From an uncultured virus (IMG/VR IMGVR_UViG_3300009174_000005) (taxonomy: Duplodnaviria; Heunggongvirae; Uroviricota; Caudoviricetes), in IMG/VR virus record IMGVR_UViG_3300009174_000005: a DNA stretch of 64,000 nt; one strand, given 5' to 3'. Both the position numbers and the translations under genes were made by a program. Shown here in pieces: positions 9,152-17,190 of this stretch. The notes beneath the pieces are model-generated. The model was not told where the DNA came from and ran no database searches. It saw only the letters and a list, made by a program, of their open reading frames with translations. The stretch's first letter is position 1; each line of letters opens with the position of its first letter.

Positions 9152-9229
9152 TCGCCCGTAGCTCAGCGGTAAGTCAGCGCCGATCTTATAAATCGGAGGT
9201 CGGTGGTTCAACTCCACCCGGGCGAACCA
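9152..9229 (+). tRNA. tRNA-Ile (UAU)
   Basis: acceptor TCGCCCG/CGGGCGA; anticodon arm CCGAT-CTTATAA-ATCGG; GTTCAACTC T-loop; discriminator A; CCA. Confidence 0.88.
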
Positions 9230-9238
9230 TAAATAAAA

Positions 9239-9489
9239 CAGAGTAAGTATGCAGGTTTAAATACCTTTCCATTTACTCTGTGTATTAGCTACGGCCGTTA
9301 GCGTTATTTGAAAAATAAGGTAGCAGGCTTATTTCAATCTGCCGGACGTAATTGAATATAAGTTAAGCTACCAACGGCAAGTTATGCATCCGGTATGCAT
9401 ACGAGTTACGCACGGGGAGAGACCACGGGACGACTGGCCTAGCTAGCTAGTTACTTGTGGTACCCGTGCGTTGCTATTTGTACCAAATA
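9239..9489 (+). ncRNA. unassigned structured RNA candidate B (three-way junction plus kissing loop)
   Basis: multiple nested complementary stems in a non-coding gap between tRNA-Ile and thyX. Confidence 0.6.
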
Positions 9490-9519
9490 TTTAACTCTTA
9501 ATGAAAGGCAGGCAGACCA

Positions 9520-10347
9520 TTGACTAGTGAACGCGTTACAATATTAGACCATGGGTACGTACAGCTGATAGAATCGTGGGGTAGTGACGAGCGGATTATT
9601 GAAGCGGCACGGATGAGCACAGGGAAAGGATTCTTGGGGTGGGGTCACGCTGTGGAGTGCAAAGAATGCAATGGGAAGGGTTGGCATCATGGAGACTGTC
9701 ACCCTAGAGAAACTTGCGGCGTATGTAATGGTGATAAATGGGTTAAAACAACTGGAGACGAAAAACTCCTCCGTTATCTCTACGAACACAAACACGCTAC
9801 ACCCTTTGAAATGGCAGGTTTAATAATAGAAGTACAAGCACCTATCTTTGTCTTCCGTGAGTGGCATAGACATCGTACGCAATCATATAATGAAATGAGT
9901 GCACGCTATGCCCCGCTACCTGACCTCAATTACATTCCTACTGTAGAACGTCTACTTATCAATAGCAAGTCAAACAAGCAAGCCGGAACGATTAAAGGCG
10001 CTGAGGAGCTTACCGAAGAGAAGGCACTCGTTTTTCGAGCCGCGCTATCATCAATCTATGACTACCAGGAGAAAGTATATCAAACCGCTCTATCTATGGG
10101 CGTCCCAAAAGAACTAGCCCGTATCCACTTACCTGTAGGTCGCTACTCCCGTATGCGTGCTTCTGCCAACCTTCGCAATTGGCTTGCATTTCTAACTCTA
10201 CGCATGGATTCAGCTGCACAGTGGGAAATCCGCCAATACGCTAATCAAGTAGGTGTAATCATATCTCAATTATTCCCTCGCACGTGGGAGTTATTAGATG
10301 ACAGTGTCAATCATCCCACCTGTTATACAAGACTTGCAAAAGGCTAA
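9520..10347 (+). CDS. thyX: FAD-dependent thymidylate synthase with zinc-finger insertion
   Basis: HATPFE, REWHRHR, SYNEMSARY, LRMDSAAQWEIR motifs. Confidence 0.95.
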   Translation: MTSERVTILDHGYVQLIESWGSDERIIEAARMSTGKGFLGWGHAVECKECNGKGWHHGDCHPRETCGVCNGDKWVKTTGDEKLLRYLYEHKHATPFEMAGLIIEVQAPIFVFREWHRHRTQSYNEMSARYAPLPDLNYIPTVERLLINSKSNKQAGTIKGAEELTEEKALVFRAALSSIYDYQEKVYQTALSMGVPKELARIHLPVGRYSRMRASANLRNWLAFLTLRMDSAAQWEIRQYANQVGVIISQLFPRTWELLDDSVNHPTCYTRLAKG

Positions 10348-10398
10348 ATGGTATATCGAACGTGAGATCGAACGATTGGAAAGGTAGACACGTGTAAC

Positions 10399-10602
10399 AT
10401 GGAAGTGTACAAATCAGGTACCCGTGTTAAAGTCAACGGTGACACATTTGCAACTGTAGTAGGCCACTGGCTAGAGTACGATACCTTGCAATATCGTGTA
10501 GTATGGTGGCACAACGGCGAACGCAAGCTAGAGTGGGTATACGATTGTGAGATTGACGAATTAGACCACACAGAGCGAATTGATCTAGGGTTCCGTGTAT
10601 GA
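10399..10602 (+). CDS. small SH3-like hypothetical protein
   Basis: AAGGT SD; ATGA overlap with polymerase. Confidence 0.6.
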   Translation: MEVYKSGTRVKVNGDTFATVVGHWLEYDTLQYRVVWWHNGERKLEWVYDCEIDELDHTERIDLGFRV

Positions 10603-13406
10603 ACGTAGTCTACGGCGCAGGTCACCTCCCTAACGATGTATTCTTAATAGGTGAAGCCCCTGGAGCACAAGAATTCAAAGAGGGAGAACCTTTCGTAGGT
10701 CGTTCCGGTCGCGAGCAAGACACCTACCTATCTAGATTCAACCTACGCACTAGACAATTCTACCGTACTAACTTGTGCAAAGAGTACATAGCAGGGAATC
10801 CAGATCCTACGCCAGAGCAAATTGACTATTGGCAGTCTGAATTATTCGATGAACTTTGCAAATGTCAGCCTAAAATAATCATAGCTGTAGGTCGATACGC
10901 CGCTAGGTACTTTCTAGGAGATTCAACTCTTCTAGATATTGTGCACGGACTACCACATATTGTTTCTCCCTCGTGTCCTGCCGCTAGTTATCTACGCTCT
11001 GATTGCATCATATTACCTATCTTCCACCCTGCTGGAGGATTTTACGACTCAGACGCTAGAGCTGTAATCGCGTGGGATTATGAACAGGTAGCCTATTACA
11101 CTGATCTTATAAAACGTTCTATCTCTATCACACCACGCACAGACCCATTTCTAGGAATAGAAGATTACCGCGAGATCTCACCTTATGATCTAGGTGACGT
11201 GCTACCGCTAGATTCTACACATTTCGCCATTGATACAGAAGGTACTCCCAGCGATCCTTTCAGTCTGCAAGTCTCCTGTGCACCTGGTACCGGCTACACT
11301 TTATTATACGATCATGTAGACTTCTCCATCGCTATAGCTTATTTACAATGCCTAGTAGATAACGGTTGCATAGTAATCTTCCACAATGGCCTATACGATA
11401 TCGAGATGTTGCGCGTAATGGGTTTAAACCTACGCCGCGCAAAGTTCATTGATACCATGTACATGTTATACCTGTTACGTATAGAGCCACAAGGTTTAAA
11501 AGAAGCTGCATACCGCTGGTGTAATATTCGCATGACATCACACAAGGAGACAATAGAACCATTAGGTACTAAACGTCAAATTGAATACCTGCAAGCTGTA
11601 ATCGATCGCTCGGCAGAATGGCCTATCCCTCCGCCTAGAATAGTTATTCAGAACGATGGCACCCCCAAGGTTAAAAAACCTAAGCATGTATCATCACGTG
11701 CTGCCTACACTCTCCGCAATTTCTTGGCTGGTAAAGTAGATAACAAAGGCCGGCCTACCGATCTAGTTAAGTGGTGGAATAATAAAGTATCTAGAGAATT
11801 ACGTAGGCCAGTAGAGCAAGCACTAGGTAAGATTCCATACGGATCTATCAGAGCACTGTACGCTGTAGACGCTAAAGCAGCTATTGACTATTCCTCTAGA
11901 GACCCTGATGCTACCTTACGCTTATACCTACGACTGTCAGACGAGCTATCGCGCCGTGGGCTATCTACTCCTGGCAAACGTCTAACAGATTTACTCTCTA
12001 CAGGTATGGAAGTACTACCAGTATTCGAAGAGATGCAATCTACGGGCATGCCGTGTGATTTATCCCGTTTGCATTCATTAGGCGAAGAGATGCAATCAGG
12101 TATGTACCGTATAGGATCTGAATTATCATTTAAATACTTTGACAATAAACCGTTCAACCCTAATTCGCCCAAACAAACACAGTCTCTATTAAAAAAACGC
12201 GGCTTAGAAGGATCGCAGTTAACCCCTAGCGGCGAGATGTCTACAGGCAAGAAATCAATTGAAGGGTTGCGATTCGTCGACCCTGCTATTGCGTCATTAT
12301 TTGATTGGCGAGAGCACTCACACACCAAAACAGCGTTTATCAATCCTGTATTTGCGTCGTTACCTTATGAATATGCAGGCAATACATCTGATACTGACAC
12401 GGACACTGACACAGACGACGATGATACAGACGCAAACGATACAGAAGATATTTCAATTATACCAGCTGAGTTACAACCGTCTAATCTATGGCGTGTTAGG
12501 TGTCAGATTAAAAACACTCGCACGGCTACCAGACGTCCGGCGGCAGAAGCACCTAATCTATTAGCGCAACCCAAGCATAGCGTATATGGTCGTAAATTAC
12601 GTGCATGTTACAGAGCGCCAAAAGGTAAGATTTTATACGCAGCTGACTATTCGCAGATTGAAGCTAGACTATTAGCCCATGAAACCGCTGATCCATTCTT
12701 GTGTGAACTATTCAACACTCGCGGTGCAGACGGTAAGCCTCGTGACATACACACTGAAACCGCTTCTATTATATTCGGCGTACCTCTAGACCAAGTTGAC
12801 AAAGACACACAACGTACACCAGCCAAACGCGCGTGCTTTGGAATCATCTATGGTATAGGCGGTAGATCCCTATACGATCAATTGCGTATGATGGGGATTC
12901 AAGGCTGGAGCGTAGACAGGTGCAATGAACTAATATACGAGTGGCTGAAACTTTATAAAGGTGTCGATTCATACATTAGGCGTGTATCCAGTAACGTACG
13001 TAGACGTTCAAACGTTCCGCCAAATGAAGACGGGTATGCAACGGTATATGATTGTTGGGGTATGCCTAGGTCTTTACCCGGCATATGGAGTGAAGATGCT
13101 AAAATAGCCGCTGAAGCTGGGCGTCATGCTGTATCTCACAAGATTCAAGGTGGCGCACAAGGAATGATTCAAAACGCTATGTCTGCTTTAAAGTATGACG
13201 TGTTAGATTGGCAGGACTATAACATGGATATTCAATGGTTGATTGAAATTCACGATGAACTTGATTTTGAAATGGACGAGGATATACTGCCCATTGTCGA
13301 GCCTGTGATACTGCACAAGATGAAAACGTGTCATGGGATGAATAACATGCGAGTGCCTGTAGAAGTGGAAGGTAAGGCCAGTATAACGTGGGGTGGGAAG
13401 GAGTAG
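10599..13406 (+). CDS. polA: family A DNA polymerase with N-terminal uracil-DNA-glycosylase domain and 3'-5' exonuclease
   Basis: UDG GEAPG..E...FVGRSG and HPA; exo DTE, HNGLYD, YSSRD; pol motifs ADYSQIEAR, KRACFGIIYG, IHDEL. Confidence 0.93.
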   Translation: MNVVYGAGHLPNDVFLIGEAPGAQEFKEGEPFVGRSGREQDTYLSRFNLRTRQFYRTNLCKEYIAGNPDPTPEQIDYWQSELFDELCKCQPKIIIAVGRYAARYFLGDSTLLDIVHGLPHIVSPSCPAASYLRSDCIILPIFHPAGGFYDSDARAVIAWDYEQVAYYTDLIKRSISITPRTDPFLGIEDYREISPYDLGDVLPLDSTHFAIDTEGTPSDPFSLQVSCAPGTGYTLLYDHVDFSIAIAYLQCLVDNGCIVIFHNGLYDIEMLRVMGLNLRRAKFIDTMYMLYLLRIEPQGLKEAAYRWCNIRMTSHKETIEPLGTKRQIEYLQAVIDRSAEWPIPPPRIVIQNDGTPKVKKPKHVSSRAAYTLRNFLAGKVDNKGRPTDLVKWWNNKVSRELRRPVEQALGKIPYGSIRALYAVDAKAAIDYSSRDPDATLRLYLRLSDELSRRGLSTPGKRLTDLLSTGMEVLPVFEEMQSTGMPCDLSRLHSLGEEMQSGMYRIGSELSFKYFDNKPFNPNSPKQTQSLLKKRGLEGSQLTPSGEMSTGKKSIEGLRFVDPAIASLFDWREHSHTKTAFINPVFASLPYEYAGNTSDTDTDTDTDDDDTDANDTEDISIIPAELQPSNLWRVRCQIKNTRTATRRPAAEAPNLLAQPKHSVYGRKLRACYRAPKGKILYAADYSQIEARLLAHETADPFLCELFNTRGADGKPRDIHTETASIIFGVPLDQVDKDTQRTPAKRACFGIIYGIGGRSLYDQLRMMGIQGWSVDRCNELIYEWLKLYKGVDSYIRRVSSNVRRRSNVPPNEDGYATVYDCWGMPRSLPGIWSEDAKIAAEAGRHAVSHKIQGGAQGMIQNAMSALKYDVLDWQDYNMDIQWLIEIHDELDFEMDEDILPIVEPVILHKMKTCHGMNNMRVPVEVEGKASITWGGKE

Positions 13407-13615
13407 ACTCTATAATGAGAAGATATGAAATAGACGTTGCTTCAGGTCCTATAAGTGCATCAGACATGAAAGTCGAACAAGACTTGTCATATATTTCAGA
13501 TGTTGAGTTATTACGTGCATATAGAGCTAAAGGTGTGTTCGATTTTGAACACTGTCTAGTTATTATTTGCGAGATGTCTAAACGGTGGGCAGACGAGCGC
13601 AAAGATTGCACTTGA
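13388..13615 (+). CDS. hypothetical protein
   Basis: shares SDxELL..Y...E...RW with 25356..25586; start probably ATG 13415. Confidence 0.55.
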   Translation: MGWEGVDSIMRRYEIDVASGPISASDMKVEQDLSYISDVELLRAYRAKGVFDFEHCLVIICEMSKRWADERKDCT

Positions 13616-13641
13616 CACGCTGCACGAATCTCCCATATACT
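13612..13641 (+). promoter_or_regulatory. sigma70-type promoter
   Basis: TTGACA-N18-TATACT. Confidence 0.65.
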
Positions 13642-13705
13642 AATGACGGTTCAAGAGAAGCGGACTGCTACACTACTTCATACAGGAGATACGCCGATGC
13701 AACGT

Positions 13706-13730
13706 GCCCCCAGAAAGTGGGGGCTTTCCT
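13706..13730 (+). terminator. intrinsic terminator
   Basis: GCCCCCA-GAAAG-TGGGGGC followed by TTT. Confidence 0.65.
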
Positions 13731-13819
13731 GTTTACACTCTCATATGTATACTTAAGTCTGGTAACTTACGCCCCATTTTCACCTTTGTAAAGCCTTACC
13801 TCTGTCTCTCTCACATCCC

Positions 13820-13848
13820 TTGACACGTGCTTACATCTGCCGTACTAT
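13820..13848 (+). promoter_or_regulatory. sigma70-type promoter (phage family)
   Basis: TTGACA-N17-TACTAT; upstream GTAACTTACGCC box at 13762. Confidence 0.8.
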
Positions 13849-13875
13849 ACGAGCATAACAAGGGAGAGACGCTCA

Positions 13876-14037
13876 ATGATTAACCTAGGTAATGCAATCG
13901 ACCGTGCTGAGCTTAAGCACTTGCAAGGGTTGCGCTATGATCTCGTAAATGGACGCCAACCCAATCAAAACGATGTAGTACGTGAAATGCTCATTAAAGC
14001 TGTTAACGACGCTATCCAAAAGAAGGTTACAGGCTGA
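13876..14037 (+). CDS. small hypothetical protein (53 aa)
   Basis: MINLGNAIDRAELKHL...; AAGGGAG SD after promoter. Confidence 0.6.
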   Translation: MINLGNAIDRAELKHLQGLRYDLVNGRQPNQNDVVREMLIKAVNDAIQKKVTG

Positions 14038-14042
14038 GAAAA

Positions 14043-14231
14043 ATGAAGAAAAAGACAGTAGAGAAGCTTCGTTTATCCTTAGAAACACTGTGTAGTCTCG
14101 ATATAGTTGACATGGCAGTCTACGGTGGCGTGGAGCCCGATCCCGGTACACCACCAAGCCGTGTTACTGCATACTGTCCAGACCAAACAAATACTGCTAC
14201 ACCGTCAACACCGGGTTGGGGGTATTGCTAA
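14043..14231 (+). CDS. lanthipeptide/RiPP precursor-like peptide
   Basis: leader MKKKTVEKLRLSLETLCSLD...VYGG; 33-aa core with 8 Ser/Thr and 2 Cys. Confidence 0.7.
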   Translation: MKKKTVEKLRLSLETLCSLDIVDMAVYGGVEPDPGTPPSRVTAYCPDQTNTATPSTPGWGYC

Positions 14232-14300
14232 AAACAGCAGTCTGTTTTTATCCGCTAGTATCTGCTAAAACTAGTCAACTTAATGAAAGGAAAAGAAAAG

Positions 14301-14651
14301 ATGAAACGATTTGCTATGCTCTTTGTTCTTTTGGTAGTGCTTACTTGGATCTCGCCATCACCTTCCTACGCTGCCTGCCAAGGTGGCTGGCAACCGCAGT
14401 GCACCAGCACGCCCGGCTACAACAACTGCTTTAACTACGCTTCTTCCGATTATAGCCACTGCCGTAGTCTTTGCTACAGTGATTATTGTTACGACAACGT
14501 ATACTGTGGACCTGGCGGCGGATACGTCTACACTTTGTGTGTTTCGCAATGCGACACGGAAAAAGCATGCGACCAAGACAACTGCCGACAGCGGTATTGC
14601 GAAATCGGATGCAGTCCAGCTGACCCCAACTGGCCTAGCTGCGGCTACTAA
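14301..14651 (+). CDS. secreted 14-Cys mini-protein
   Basis: signal peptide MKRFAMLFVLLVVLTWISPSPSYA; 14 Cys in mature part. Confidence 0.75.
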   Translation: MKRFAMLFVLLVVLTWISPSPSYAACQGGWQPQCTSTPGYNNCFNYASSDYSHCRSLCYSDYCYDNVYCGPGGGYVYTLCVSQCDTEKACDQDNCRQRYCEIGCSPADPNWPSCGY

Positions 14652-14662
14652 CGCTCACTATA

Positions 14663-14684
14663 GGGCCGGGTAGCTTCACGGCCC
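14663..14684 (+). terminator. GC-rich hairpin closing the peptide cassette
   Basis: GGGCCG/CGGCCC; no clear U-tract. Confidence 0.4.
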
Positions 14685-14711
14685 ACCAGTTAAACAAAAG
14701 AAAGGCACAAA

Positions 14712-15143
14712 TTGATTAAGCGACCCGCAGCTAATAAATTAGCGACAGCACTTTCTATCCCTGCGCCTAGTACACCTGTTGCAATCGACCGCGTAACTAC
14801 ACTAGCTGAAATTCCCGACGATGGAATCCGCGAGCTATTCTCTAGCCTTTGCACAGTGTACCTGTCCCTATCAGCTGAAAAGAAACTAGCTGAAAATCGC
14901 CGCGTTACACTCATGCAGGAACAAATCAAACCTACTGCCGAGTTGTACGGCTACAGTAAGATCACAGATGATGCATTTACTCTATACCGTGTTAAAGGCA
15001 AAGCAGGTGCCAAGAAAATCTCAGAACGCAAGCTACTAGAATTAGGTGTTAAACCTGAAGTAATTGCACTAGCTACAGAATACGGTAAGCAAGGAGAATC
15101 GTATTACGTGGTTAGAGGTAAGGATGACGAGGGGGAGGATTGA
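14712..15143 (+). CDS. hypothetical protein
   Basis: AAAGG SD; TTG start. Confidence 0.65.
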   Translation: MIKRPAANKLATALSIPAPSTPVAIDRVTTLAEIPDDGIRELFSSLCTVYLSLSAEKKLAENRRVTLMQEQIKPTAELYGYSKITDDAFTLYRVKGKAGAKKISERKLLELGVKPEVIALATEYGKQGESYYVVRGKDDEGED

Positions 15144-15447
15144 TATGGACATGCTGTATGAATATGATAACTGGGAATCAGGACTTAGCACAGCAAATGA
15201 GTATAGGGGTGATCCTTATATCTCTATTGCTGCTAAGTTGTTTAACGTTTCTATTGAATCTGTAACACCTGCACAACGTAAAGCAGCTAAAGTAGCCGCG
15301 TTTACGTCGAGATCTACAAGTTTAAGAAGTTTAAGCAAAACACACATAGGTGTTGACTTTGGCGCGGGTGTTTCTGAGACGGTAGAACTCAAGTACTCAC
15401 CTAATGAACCTTTATACTCTCTTGGCGCTGAAAACCGTTTACCCTAG
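15124..15447 (+). CDS. mini-protein resembling the PolA fingers (motif B) helices
   Basis: DPYISIAAKLFNVSIESVTPAQRKAAKVAAF. Confidence 0.6.
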   Translation: MTRGRIDMDMLYEYDNWESGLSTANEYRGDPYISIAAKLFNVSIESVTPAQRKAAKVAAFTSRSTSLRSLSKTHIGVDFGAGVSETVELKYSPNEPLYSLGAENRLP

Positions 15448-15814
15448 TCCATTAGTTACTCAACTTCAGAAAGGTACCTATCCTATGCAATTTCGTCCAT
15501 TGAATGTGTTAGAGCGTACAGCTATCCAGTCGGCTACTAAAAAGAACAAACTAGACCGCGAAGATTTACGCTTTCTATGGCAATCTAGATTACGTGTAAG
15601 TTATGAGAGACAATCCGGTGGATTTACTATTTGCATTATTGTACTAACTATCAATACGTTAGTTGCTTGTTCTTCGCTTATGAATTTGTCAGCTACCATG
15701 TTATACCGTGGCGTCTCCCGTAAATCTCGTAATGATGCTTGGAATTCAACTCGCGGCGATATGCTTGCATTCAATCGTGCACTGCAATCTAAAGGAGTTG
15801 AATTACCACTATGA
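15404..15814 (+). CDS. hypothetical phage protein
   Basis: GGFTIC...GVSRKSRNDAWNSTRGDMLAFNRAL; start probably ATG near 15485. Confidence 0.6.
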   Translation: MNLYTLLALKTVYPSPLVTQLQKGTYPMQFRPLNVLERTAIQSATKKNKLDREDLRFLWQSRLRVSYERQSGGFTICIIVLTINTLVACSSLMNLSATMLYRGVSRKSRNDAWNSTRGDMLAFNRALQSKGVELPL

Positions 15815-15983
15815 AATTAACGATGCCGTTATCCCTAAGATTAGCACTCGAAGAATTTGCAGAGAAAGACAACGACACTGTTATAGAAGCTGTGGAATGG
15901 TTAGATGGATCAACCACGTCTATAGATGAGTTAATATTTGTACTTACTCCAGAAGAATACAGAGAGGATTAGACAAAAGTGAC

Positions 15984-16613
15984 ATGGTCGACTCTTTTAC
16001 CACACAATTTGACCGTTCCACCTTAACCCCGGGGCAACGTTCTGCCTTAGATGCACTATTAACTCGCGACTTAAACGAAGATCTAGCATCAGTAGCTAAA
16101 CGTGCACGTGTGTCCCTTGCTACCCTGCAAAAGTACACCAGAGATCCGGTATTTGCTCGTCAATTGCGTCTCGCTGTAGAAGCTGATTTAGGATCTCAAC
16201 GTGCGGCTGTGACAGCTACATTGATAGCAGGCGCGCTAGATTCTGATAACAAAGATCACCTAGGCTATGTAAAGGAATATTTCAAACGTCTAGACGGTGA
16301 GTCAATAACAGTTAACATAGACGATAGCCGACAATCCGACCCTGCCGCTAGTTTCCCGTATCACTTGCTTTCTGTATCAACTCGCAAGTTAATAGTTGCA
16401 GAGATCAAACAAGCAATCGAGCAAGGTAAAGCTGATAAACTACTAGAGGGAGACATTCTAGAAGCTGAATTCGAAGTAGTGCAACATGGACTAGAACCTG
16501 CTATAGTGCAGCCTGTAATAGCTACTATTGCACCTATACCAGGGCCATGGTTAGGGCGTACATGGGATCAATTAACAGAAGATGATTTACAGGAGCCGCA
16601 AGGTAATGAGTGA
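15984..16613 (+). CDS. HTH protein, probable terminase small subunit (phBC6A51-like HTH)
   Basis: LTPGQRSALDAL...VAKRARVSLATLQKYTRDPVF. Confidence 0.55.
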   Translation: MVDSFTTQFDRSTLTPGQRSALDALLTRDLNEDLASVAKRARVSLATLQKYTRDPVFARQLRLAVEADLGSQRAAVTATLIAGALDSDNKDHLGYVKEYFKRLDGESITVNIDDSRQSDPAASFPYHLLSVSTRKLIVAEIKQAIEQGKADKLLEGDILEAEFEVVQHGLEPAIVQPVIATIAPIPGPWLGRTWDQLTEDDLQEPQGNE

Positions 16614-16920
16614 AACCAAGTATTCAATGATGAGGTTTACGCCATTTGCATACCACAAAAACTACAGAGTACGTGATCTAGCAGAAGACGGCGACGCATT
16701 TAGAGAACAAGCACACAAGTGGCCCGCATTCCGCCACGAGATGGAAACTGAATTCTTGACAAGCGTAGTAGGTTGCTTATACTATATTTGTGACTACGTA
16801 GACTTGCGTTTAGACCACGGCAGTGATGAAGCTGAAGCACACGACCGCATTATGAGTATCCTGTCTTCGCCGCATGTACAACGTTTTGTAAAGGACGGCT
16901 CATGGCTTCCAATGGCGTAG
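16582..16920 (+). CDS. hypothetical protein
   Basis: operon packing. Confidence 0.55.
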   Translation: MIYRSRKVMSETKYSMMRFTPFAYHKNYRVRDLAEDGDAFREQAHKWPAFRHEMETEFLTSVVGCLYYICDYVDLRLDHGSDEAEAHDRIMSILSSPHVQRFVKDGSWLPMA

Positions 16921-17183
16921 TAACAAAAGTAACAATAACTATTTCCGCTGATCTAGCGGATACAATTGCCGATTACCTCTCCCATGAGGGATTTACAATC
17001 GAAGCAAACGAAATCAACACCTTATCAATAGAAGCCCGTACTAAAGCCGCGCTGCAACGTCACAATGTTATACCTATCTTGTGGCAGTGTTCCTGCGGCG
17101 ATACTACAGGGTTACAAGACGACGATGTTACGTGTGCTACCTGTCACACTGGATTGATTAAATCAGCTCTTAACAAAGGATAA
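16902..17183 (+). CDS. zinc-ribbon protein
   Basis: CSCG...CATC. Confidence 0.6.
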   Translation: MASNGVVTKVTITISADLADTIADYLSHEGFTIEANEINTLSIEARTKAALQRHNVIPILWQCSCGDTTGLQDDDVTCATCHTGLIKSALNKG

Positions 17184-17190
17184 CGTAATC

